DNA of 64,000 bases, taken from NCBI GenBank assembly GCA_037128135.1, contig JBAXXD010000008.1, forward strand, positions 1,482 through 65,481. Reading direction: 5' to 3'. Positions 17,433 to 25,314 of the stretch are shown here, piece by piece. Numbering within the stretch: the stretch's first letter is position 1; each line of letters begins with the position of its first letter. The notes below the pieces were generated by a model. That model was not told the DNA's origin, ran no database searches, and worked only from the letters and a program-made list of their open reading frames with translations. The position numbers were made by a program, and so were the translations under genes. This DNA comes from Verrucomicrobiia bacterium. Its GTDB lineage: Bacteria > Verrucomicrobiota > Verrucomicrobiia > Chthoniobacterales > Terrimicrobiaceae.

Positions 17433-18605
17433 TTAAGGCAAGATTTCCAAGTTTTCGCTATCTCCCTCGAACAGGTGCACGGGGGCACCCGGGTTGAGCT
17501 GTTTGATGTGGAAGAATTGCACGTCCTTTACGGCCGCTTTAACCATGACAGCAAACCGGGCTCCTTTGGAAATCACATTCGTGATGACAATATTTCTGAG
17601 ATTCCCCTTTTTGTATCCCGCCCCGTATCCGGTGTAGATTTTGACGCAGCACTCGCGGGAGGAGGGGATGTCTTCCGTTACCTGATCAATCGTGATATTG
17701 TACACCGAGGGCTCCGTGGCCAGGCAAATCACAGCGTGGTGTTGCCCGCTGGTGCGGATATTCCGGATGACGATGTCATGGATGTCAGGGCAGTGAGCGG
17801 CGGCAGGGGCGTTGCCCATCGGCTGCATGGGGTAGATATAGTTTGAACCCGGGGGGGCGGAACTGTCATCCAAAGCGGTGCAGGCGACGGTATCATCACT
17901 GGTCGTGCCCGACAGATTTTCAACCAGGCAATAGGAGCATCCGTTTCTGAGGTCGATTCCGTCGCCGTTTTTCACATCGGTATTGAAGATGATATCGTGC
18001 AGGTATCCGAAGGCGCATTGATCCTGAGAGATCGCCCAGCAATGGGTCTTTTGCATGGTGAAGCCGGAGATCTCATACCGTTCAGTCGCCGACAGCAGGA
18101 TGCCTACCGTGCGCCAGCCGAAGTAATCGCCCACCCACTTCTCCACCACCCCGGTCTTTGGGTTCGCCGCCTTATAAGGAAGATCCGCCCCTTCGATCAC
18201 CGCGCCATTGCACCCTGTGATTCTTATGTTCACCGTAGGCTCAACCATGGAGCACTCGCCGTTCATGTCATCCGGATTCGGCTTGAGCCCGATAACCCGG
18301 ATGATGTTATCGAATACGCCATCCGCGAGCTTGAGCTTGCAGCCGTCGATGACAATCTCCCTGTTTGATGGCAAAAGAATCGCCCGGTCAATGAGCCAAT
18401 CTTTCGTGTCCAATACTATCGCCACTAGGGATTCGGCGTTTCCCGCAGCGTCAAACGCCGCTTCAATCGCCTCCGAATCCGTGCGTCCGTCGAGAAAATC
18501 ACACGCCTTGATCCGGGAAGCCGCAGCCCCGATCAAGATGTGTTCCGCCACAAAGACCTTAGAGTTGGGGGATCCTAGTCGCAAAGCTTTCTGGCTTGTA
18601 GGCAA
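17433..18605 (-). CDS. right-handed beta-helix glycoside hydrolase (GH28 / pectate-lyase-superfamily-like)
   Basis: 390-aa ORF. NGDGIDLRNG and TSDDTVACTAL resemble the GH28 NTDGID/GDDC(I/V)A pair. No signal peptide. One sampled line counted 29/60 G+C. Confidence 0.75.
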   Translation of the reverse strand: MPTSQKALRLGSPNSKVFVAEHILIGAAASRIKACDFLDGRTDSEAIEAAFDAAGNAESLVAIVLDTKDWLIDRAILLPSNREIVIDGCKLKLADGVFDNIIRVIGLKPNPDDMNGECSMVEPTVNIRITGCNGAVIEGADLPYKAANPKTGVVEKWVGDYFGWRTVGILLSATERYEISGFTMQKTHCWAISQDQCAFGYLHDIIFNTDVKNGDGIDLRNGCSYCLVENLSGTTSDDTVACTALDDSSAPPGSNYIYPMQPMGNAPAAAHCPDIHDIVIRNIRTSGQHHAVICLATEPSVYNITIDQVTEDIPSSRECCVKIYTGYGAGYKKGNLRNIVITNVISKGARFAVMVKAAVKDVQFFHIKQLNPGAPVHLFEGDSENLEILP

Positions 18606-18659
18606 TCATAATAGATAAGAACTCATTGCGAGCTTGATATATTTCGCAGCGATGTCAAG

Positions 18660-18938
18660 ATGCTAAATATGCACGATTTGTCGGCTCCGACCCAGAAGCA
18701 GATGGGCGAGGGGAGGTTCAAGACCATCAAACAGGTTCCCCAACAGGCGATTTCGATGTCTATCTGCCAGGTCATGAAACCAAAAGCCATCATCTGCACG
18801 GTGCCGGACAAGCGCAAGGCGCAAGCCCTGAGCGATTGCCTCACCGGAAATGTGACGCCCGTGCCCCCGTCTTCCATTCTCCAGCGCCACAAGGCGGACT
18901 GGTGCTTTCTCGACGCGGGATCCGCCTCACTCCTCTGA
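18660..18938 (+). pseudogene. nagB 3' fragment (duplicate of ~7322-7591)
   Basis: The 92-aa ORF ...QKQMGEGRFKTIKQVPQQAISMSICQVMKPKAIICTVPDKRKAQALSDCL... aligns with the last ~90 residues of NagB. The N-terminal two thirds of the enzyme are absent. Confidence 0.8.
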
Positions 18939-19154
18939 GCCAGGCGCATCGAAAAGAGATTTCTAACCAATGATTACCAAACCCATTCTCAGCCTCCCCT
19001 TAACTATTGGTCTGTTGCGGGACAGATCCTGACAATTGTCCTTCCCTATCCCGGAGCGGAACGCTCCACGCCAATATGGGCCGCAGCCGAGACGGAGATC
19101 GCCTTTCGACGGCAGCCTCGGCTCGCCTGCCGCTGCAGTCTGGCATTCGCAGCC

Positions 19155-21104
19155 ATGGAACTTCAGCGTTTCCTGGTGCGCACTGTGGAGGGAATCACGA
19201 TCCGCTTTGCCTCGAAACCACCCCGCGCCGGGTTCGCGCTGATCTTGGAGGCTACCACTCCGGCATCGCGTTCGGACGACTTTGCTCTGATTCCTGAGGG
19301 AACGGAGCGGCTGCGCATTCGCGGCGGAGGCCGCACCGGCACGCTCCTTGGCAGCTACGAGTTTTTGAAGCTTCAAGGCTGGCGCTGGTATGCGCCCGGG
19401 GCCGCCGGCGAGATTGCGCCGGAGGCGACCGGATTTTTACGCGCCCCCGCCGCATCGTTGGAGGAGCGTCCTGCTTTGGATGCGGGAGGCGGTTTCGATC
19501 TCGAATACTACTCGATGGAATCGGCAGACCTGCTTCTTTGGTCAGCCCGGAACGGCCTCAATGTCTGGGCCGGCCGGAGCGCCACGTTCCCGCTGGCCTG
19601 CAAACTCGGCATGACCGTCAAGGCCGGGGGCCATATCTTCGAGAGCATTCTGCATCCCGATGCGGTCCTGCCCGACGGGCGCGCGCTCTGGGATGCGCAT
19701 CAAGAATGGTTCGGACTGCCAGCGGATGGCCCCCGGATCCGGGACAGCGCCCAACGCACCCAGTTCTGCGTGTCCCAGCCGGAACTCATCGAATTTTTGG
19801 GAGCCGCCCTGTTGAAACGACTTCAGAAGGACTGGAGCATCGCGGACCGCCTCGACATCTGGGGATTCGATACCTGGGGCCATACCTGCCAATGCCCGGC
19901 CTGCCGGGATCTCGGCAACCCGACCGACGTCCTTCTTGCCTTCGCCTCCCGGATTCGCGAGTTCCTGAACCAAGCTGAAGCCGACGCACGTCTCGACCGG
20001 CATGTGACATTGATCCTTTGCGCCTACGAAGGCACTGCCTCCCTCGACGGCCCTTCCCGCCCGGTGCCGCAGAATCTGGCCGCCGACGGAACGCTGGTCA
20101 CCTTTTATCCTATCAACCGCTGCTACAGGCACCCGCTCGGCGACCGGGATTGCGCAACCAACCGGCGCTACTGGGAGGCACTGAAATCCTGGACGGAAGC
20201 CCGTCCGGCCCTGAGGATCGTGATGGGGGAATATTACAATGTCTCCAAGTTTGAAGACCTGCCGCTTCTGTTCACCGGGATCATGCAGCGCGATTGGCCG
20301 TCCTATGTCGCCGCCGGGGTTAAGGGAGCGACCTATATGCACATTCCCACGGTGGAGTGGGGAATGCGCGCCCTGACCCAAAACCTCTATGCCAGGCTGA
20401 CGCGAAAGCCGGCGGCGCCGGTCGACAAATGGACAGCCGAATACTTCGAGCTCTGGTATGGTGCGCACAGCGTCGCCATGGAGGAGTGCTACGAACTGAC
20501 AGAGAGCGCCGGACGGCTTTGCGCCCAATGGCGCACGTGGGCGGGTTGGAGCGTGCTCTGCCAACTGCAGGCCTGGGACGGCACGCCCGCCGTTGGTCCG
20601 TTGCTTCTGCACGAACACCTGGACACAATGCCGGAAGCTGTCGCCGTGGGCCGGAACGCCCTGGCCGACTTACGCAAAGCGTTGGATCTGGTGATAGTGG
20701 CACGTCAGCGCGAAAAGCTCGCCGCCACCGAAAATGCCCTGTCTCACGGAAGAGCGGTCAACCCGGCCGAGTTGCTCCGCATGCAGAGCGGAGCCCGGGT
20801 TTCGAAGCATTTGTCGGAAGATATGCGTCTCCTGAGATATGGATTGGACGTGCAGGAACTCATCGGCGATCTTATGGAGTACCATGAGGCACTGCGCCAC
20901 CGGCTGACCGGGGAGGCCGCCTCGCTCTGGAACGGCATTGAGGCAGTCGCAGAGCGCCTCGAACAATATGTGGTCCCCCTCGGATTTGCCCGCAACGGTC
21001 CAGGACTCAGTATACGGGATGGCCTCGAACGCTCCCAACTTGGCCCCGTCGTGCAACGCTGCCGGTCGTTCCGAATGCATGCAGAAGAAAAAGGGAGGTT
21101 ATAA
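19155..21104 (+). CDS. DUF4838-like protein, copy 2 (5' end disrupted; possibly a pseudogene)
   Basis: The 649-aa ORF is identical to copy 1 from MELQRF to ...TAEYF, then ~90-95% similar. The ancestral ATG (18970) is out of frame because of a 1-nt deletion and hits TGA at 19030-19032. Confidence 0.7.
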   Translation: MELQRFLVRTVEGITIRFASKPPRAGFALILEATTPASRSDDFALIPEGTERLRIRGGGRTGTLLGSYEFLKLQGWRWYAPGAAGEIAPEATGFLRAPAASLEERPALDAGGGFDLEYYSMESADLLLWSARNGLNVWAGRSATFPLACKLGMTVKAGGHIFESILHPDAVLPDGRALWDAHQEWFGLPADGPRIRDSAQRTQFCVSQPELIEFLGAALLKRLQKDWSIADRLDIWGFDTWGHTCQCPACRDLGNPTDVLLAFASRIREFLNQAEADARLDRHVTLILCAYEGTASLDGPSRPVPQNLAADGTLVTFYPINRCYRHPLGDRDCATNRRYWEALKSWTEARPALRIVMGEYYNVSKFEDLPLLFTGIMQRDWPSYVAAGVKGATYMHIPTVEWGMRALTQNLYARLTRKPAAPVDKWTAEYFELWYGAHSVAMEECYELTESAGRLCAQWRTWAGWSVLCQLQAWDGTPAVGPLLLHEHLDTMPEAVAVGRNALADLRKALDLVIVARQREKLAATENALSHGRAVNPAELLRMQSGARVSKHLSEDMRLLRYGLDVQELIGDLMEYHEALRHRLTGEAASLWNGIEAVAERLEQYVVPLGFARNGPGLSIRDGLERSQLGPVVQRCRSFRMHAEEKGRL

Positions 21105-21142
21105 ACGGCGACTCCCGCTGCATGACCGCACGATCCGCCTTC

Positions 21143-21265
21143 CTACAACCCGAGGTGTCGCAGGATGCGTTCGATGACGTCGGCATCGTCGATGAGCGCG
21201 TCAAGGTCGCCACCTACATACGCGCCGAAGGGATCCTTTGGGTTATAGCATTTTTGAAAATCCTC
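21143..21265 (-). mobile_element. possible transposase relic (IS91/Y2-like C-terminal motif), very tentative
   Basis: Start-less 40-codon frame on the minus strand: ...KDPFGAYVGGDLDALIDDADVIERILRHLGL*. The VIxxILxHLGL motif is one I associate with IS91/ISCR-family transposases (memory only). Confidence 0.2.
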
Positions 21266-21272
21266 TTACTTC

Positions 21273-22724
21273 CTATAATCCAAAGGACTGACCCCCAGCA
21301 CAAGTTCTATTGGGAACTCGACCGGTGACCAATACGGTTACTGAAACGCCAGGCAGTGAAAAACCAGCAATCATACCATTTGCCACGGTAACATCTGGCA
21401 ACTGGAGAAACTGCGGGTTGCAGTCTTCCGAACCCTTTCCGGAAAAGAGGAAATGCCGCACTTTTGCAAACGGGCCATGGGGTTTAAGAATGATGCGGAT
21501 ATTATTGATTGGAGCATAACCTTTGTTGATGATGATTGCGCAGAATTCCGTGCCTGTGCCATTCCTGCTTGCATAGGCGGAGATGGTGTCGGGCATCCCA
21601 GTGATGCGAACCATCTGCTCGCGCACAAACTTTCCCCAGACAGCGACGGCAAATCCTGCCGCACAGAAATTGTTTTTCCTGTCGAGGGCGTACCACTGGC
21701 TATTGCGCTCTTCCCCTTCAGGCATCCAGCGCGTTGTCCACAGCATGGTAGAGATGATACGAGGTTCCAGAAGCGCGTGCCCGAACGTGTCGCATGTGAC
21801 AATCGCGTGACCAAGATTATTGAATCCCGACCATGCCTTTTTTGTTTTGTTGAAATCCTTGGAATTCATCTCGGCAACAATGATCCGCAAACGTTTCCTG
21901 TGAATTTTCGGTGCGTATTTCTCAATGGATTCAACCGCATAATTGGCTGTTTCCAGAAGAGGTGCACCGGGATGTTTCGGGTAGTAACCGTATGAGCCCC
22001 AGTTAGTGGTATTGTATAAACTTAATGTGAGGAAATCGATATGCTTTGCTGCGACAGGCAGGAATTCCTTCCACCACTCATTGTTACAGCCGCTGGCGCC
22101 AATGAGTATGGAAGAGTCAACCGCTTTCATGGCTTTTGAAAATTCGACGACGATCCCCGCCATTTCCTTCGGCGTCGATGTTCCGTTGTGCCAGTTCTCG
22201 TTGCCAATTTCCCAATAGCGCACGCCGTATTTCTTTATGATATTGGAATACCGAACCCATGCGACCGCCATTTCAATGAACTGGCTTTTTGACATTTTCG
22301 TGCGATCTAAACTGTCATATGCCGCCACAACATAAGGCTCACACTTTAATGAATGCGCAAGTTTCACATATTCGTCAAAATTCATCCTGTATCCCGGCAT
22401 GTCCGCATAATTTCCCCGCGACAGCGGATACGGTTTCTTATAAGGAGGTATCGACCATAGGTGAAAGTCTGACTTTTCACCTCCGGGGAACCGCAGCCAG
22501 CGGACACCCATATCCCGGAGCGCATCTTTGATAGGTCGCGCCCCGTGCATGCGATTTTTATCATGGTCGCGGATATAATTGAGGTTAATGCCGATAAAAC
22601 GGTCTGCGCCTGTGCGGAGCACGCAATCCGAATGCACCACAAGATCGCATGCTGCATTTTTATTTGCGTTTTTTCGCGCCGCACCGGTTTTTAAAGAAGT
22701 CATGTTATTCCTTGCTGATAGCAA
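21273..22724 (-). CDS. clan GH-A (beta/alpha)8 glycoside hydrolase, family not assignable by eye
   Basis: 483-aa ORF. WLRFPGGEKSD and YWEIGNENW (acid/base NE) are typical of GH5/30/39/51/79-type enzymes. No signal peptide. One sampled line counted 29/60 G+C. Confidence 0.75.
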   Translation of the reverse strand: MLSARNNMTSLKTGAARKNANKNAACDLVVHSDCVLRTGADRFIGINLNYIRDHDKNRMHGARPIKDALRDMGVRWLRFPGGEKSDFHLWSIPPYKKPYPLSRGNYADMPGYRMNFDEYVKLAHSLKCEPYVVAAYDSLDRTKMSKSQFIEMAVAWVRYSNIIKKYGVRYWEIGNENWHNGTSTPKEMAGIVVEFSKAMKAVDSSILIGASGCNNEWWKEFLPVAAKHIDFLTLSLYNTTNWGSYGYYPKHPGAPLLETANYAVESIEKYAPKIHRKRLRIIVAEMNSKDFNKTKKAWSGFNNLGHAIVTCDTFGHALLEPRIISTMLWTTRWMPEGEERNSQWYALDRKNNFCAAGFAVAVWGKFVREQMVRITGMPDTISAYASRNGTGTEFCAIIINKGYAPINNIRIILKPHGPFAKVRHFLFSGKGSEDCNPQFLQLPDVTVANGMIAGFSLPGVSVTVLVTGRVPNRTCAGGQSFGL

Positions 22725-22797
22725 ATCAGCTTCTCGGGGGTCGCGAGAGGTTGCCTGTCAATCTCATACCAACTCTGCAAAACAAATGGACTCAGAA

Positions 22798-22820
22798 CAT
22801 CGGCAAGATGCCGATGCTAC
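22798..22820. repeat. hairpin plus GGCAAGATGCCG-type module
   Basis: CATCGGCA-AGA-TGCCGATG (22798-16) is an 8-bp stem with a 3-nt loop. GGCAAGATGCCGATGCTAC (22802-20) resembles the arms of the 6693-6754 inverted repeat. Confidence 0.7.
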
Positions 22821-22884
22821 GTAGCATTGGCTTCCAGCCAATGATCCATTCCACTCGAAGAGATGGTATCAGACGCCATCATAG

Positions 22885-22928
22885 TTCCCATGCTGGTTTC
22901 GTAGCGAAAAGGAGTGTCGAGGTCAAGT
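22885..22928. repeat. interspersed module A, copy 2
   Basis: TTCCCATGCTGGTTTCGTAGCGAAA...CGAGGTCAAGT matches 11881-11923. Confidence 0.75.
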
Positions 22929-22939
22929 TTGCACCCGCG

Positions 22940-22990
22940 GGCGAGTGTCTTTCACGCGCGAGATGCCCGTGCCATATGAGCTTTCGCGTC
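22940..22990. repeat. interspersed module C, copy 1 (GGCGAGTGTCTT...GAGATGCCCGTGCC...TGAGCTTTCGCGT)
   Basis: About 42 of 51 positions match 51316-51366 by hand alignment. Confidence 0.75.
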
Positions 22991-23025
22991 TTACACGCTT
23001 TCCTTGTAGCTCAGGATGTCCGGCC

Positions 23026-25314
23026 CTATTTTTCCGCCAGCTCGAATGGGATCGCCGGGAGGAGTCCCATGGAAGAGTGATACTCGCCGTCCGGCTTCTC
23101 GTTTTTCCCGGGGTTCCGCCGCGCGATCAATTCCACAATCAGATTTCCGCGCGTGCCGGGCTTGGCTTTTTCGGAGTCTGCCCGGAATGCGATTTCGACC
23201 CCGTCGTCGCAGGGCGAGACCCCCTCGACCGAGATGCCCTCGGGGGGATTTTTCAGCTCCGCCTTCATGCCGTCCTTGCGGGTGGACTTGGGGAGAAGCA
23301 CGGTGGCAAGGCCGCCGGTGGCGGAGGAAATTTTTACCGGCCCCGGCGCGACCTGCAGGGGGGTTCTCGGAGAACGGCCCGGGGGCGAATAGGCGAGCAG
23401 CTCGGTGGACGGAACGAGGTGATGATAAATGAAGGCCTGGAGCATGTCGTCGGCCGGCACGGCCTTGCGGGCGACCTGTGCGCCCGCGATCTCGGCGGTG
23501 CCCGTGATTTCGATGCGCTCGGGCGCGGGCTTCGGCGGGTTGGGGAATGTGAGCGTGGTCGTGACCGAATCGCTTCCCGCCGGGATGCATCCGCCGGAAA
23601 GCACGAACCCTTCGGGCGCGACAGAAAGCCGGATGTCGCCCGAGAACCCGTCCTTGCGCAGCGCATGAATGGTCACCGGCACCGTGACGCCCGGCGCGCC
23701 GTTGATCCCGGAGGGAACCACGCGGAGCGCGAAGTCCGGAGCTGGACGGGAGATCCGGAGCCGATAGGAAAATTCCGGCCCTCCCTGCCGCTGGGCATCG
23801 CCCAGATGGACATAGAAAATCCCGTTCGAGGGCGGCTCGAAAAAAATCCGCGAGTCCGCATGGTGGGTGAGCAAGCCGGATCCCATGTCCTCCTGGTCGT
23901 CGCTGTAGGCAAGCTGCCGGCCGGCGGCGTCGGTGATCCGCAGGAAAGAATCCAAGGGGGAGTTGAGCCTGCGCGCAAACACTTCGAACACGAGGGGCTT
24001 TCCCTTTTTGCCTTTCACGGCAAAGACATCGGTGTCGCCGGGCGGCTCGATGCGCCCGTTGATCGTCATCGGCACCGCCACGAGCGCGGCGTGGCCGGTG
24101 TCGTTGTCGGGCTCGACCGAAAAGTCCTCCGGAATCGTGTCGTGCGCGAAGGCGACATCCATCGAGAAAAATCCGTTGGCAAGTTGGGGTACGGGTTGGA
24201 TGCCTTCGCCGGGCGGCACCTCGGCCGAGAGCATCTGGCGCGGAAGATTCCATCCGGAAACTTCGACCGTCGTCGCCGAGCCGGCACTCCCGCCCAAGGG
24301 AAAGATTCCCGTGACAAAAGGAATGCGCCCTGCGGTGATCCGGTAAACAAAATCCTCGCGCCCCCGGTGCAGGGCATCGCGGATTTCCAGTTGATAATCC
24401 CCGCTCTCTTTCACATCGAAAGCCAGAACGGGATCGGGCGCGAACCGCGCGGATTGCGCCGACGCCACTTCGACGCCGGCGCTGTCAAAGACCGTGAGCA
24501 CAGCCTGAAACCAGCCGGGCACGGCGTCGGCAAGGTAGGGCATGAGATCGCGCGCCTGCGCAAAAAAGACCAGCCGCTCCCCCCTGTCCGCGTGAAAAAA
24601 ATACCGGTCGCTTTGCCCGGGCATGATCTGCCCGTTGAGAACGACGGGGAAGCGGATCGTCGGCGGAGACGGAGGTGCCGGATCGGTCGGCGCCGGACGG
24701 AGCTCCTCCGGAAAGGTGCCGACAAAAATGGCCAGCGGATTCGAGAGCCCGTTTTTTCCGAACAGCCGCAGCGTGCGCGGACCCTTCGGCGCATCGGCGG
24801 CGATTTCCAGCCGGAGGGTCACCGACTCGGCCAGTTGCTTGTTGTCCTGCCGCTTCGGATCGTTGCGCTGGTTCTGCATGATCTTGAACAGGCGGATCTC
24901 CTCTTCCGTGGCACCATCCTCCTGCAAAATCGCGGCGATGTCCTCCTTTTGGTTTTTTTTGGCAGTTCCGGCCTGGATCGCTTCCATCCTTTCTTTCCGG
25001 TGCTCCGCGAGGGCTTCACGGAATTCCTGGGCGCGCTTCCCGGGAAGCGGCCTGCTGTAGCCGACAACCGTGACCTGAACTCCCTCACCGGAAATCATGG
25101 CGGAGGTCATCTTCTCCAGGTTCTGTCCCCCGACCAAAACCTCAACAACCGATCCCATTTTCCCCCCGGCCGGATAGACGTAGGCCAGGCCGGGTTCGCT
25201 CGAGCGCTGCGCCGGGCAAAGCCCGTTGGAAAAAAGGATCCCCAGGACTGCTGCCGCCTCCAAAAAAAACCGGGTGCCTCGGCGAGGCATCCCTACCGGC
25301 GCATGGGGCCTCAC
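23026..25314 (-). CDS. secreted protein with two pre-peptidase C-terminal (PPC)-like repeats
   Basis: 762-aa ORF (GTG start overlapping the upstream stop, GTGA). N-terminal hydrophobic signal. Two PPC-like units (SDRYFFHADRGERLVFF...VFDSAGVEVA; DTDVFAVKGKKGKPLVFEV...DSFLRITDAAGRQLAYSDD). Confidence 0.75.
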   Translation of the reverse strand: MRPHAPVGMPRRGTRFFLEAAAVLGILFSNGLCPAQRSSEPGLAYVYPAGGKMGSVVEVLVGGQNLEKMTSAMISGEGVQVTVVGYSRPLPGKRAQEFREALAEHRKERMEAIQAGTAKKNQKEDIAAILQEDGATEEEIRLFKIMQNQRNDPKRQDNKQLAESVTLRLEIAADAPKGPRTLRLFGKNGLSNPLAIFVGTFPEELRPAPTDPAPPSPPTIRFPVVLNGQIMPGQSDRYFFHADRGERLVFFAQARDLMPYLADAVPGWFQAVLTVFDSAGVEVASAQSARFAPDPVLAFDVKESGDYQLEIRDALHRGREDFVYRITAGRIPFVTGIFPLGGSAGSATTVEVSGWNLPRQMLSAEVPPGEGIQPVPQLANGFFSMDVAFAHDTIPEDFSVEPDNDTGHAALVAVPMTINGRIEPPGDTDVFAVKGKKGKPLVFEVFARRLNSPLDSFLRITDAAGRQLAYSDDQEDMGSGLLTHHADSRIFFEPPSNGIFYVHLGDAQRQGGPEFSYRLRISRPAPDFALRVVPSGINGAPGVTVPVTIHALRKDGFSGDIRLSVAPEGFVLSGGCIPAGSDSVTTTLTFPNPPKPAPERIEITGTAEIAGAQVARKAVPADDMLQAFIYHHLVPSTELLAYSPPGRSPRTPLQVAPGPVKISSATGGLATVLLPKSTRKDGMKAELKNPPEGISVEGVSPCDDGVEIAFRADSEKAKPGTRGNLIVELIARRNPGKNEKPDGEYHSSMGLLPAIPFELAEK

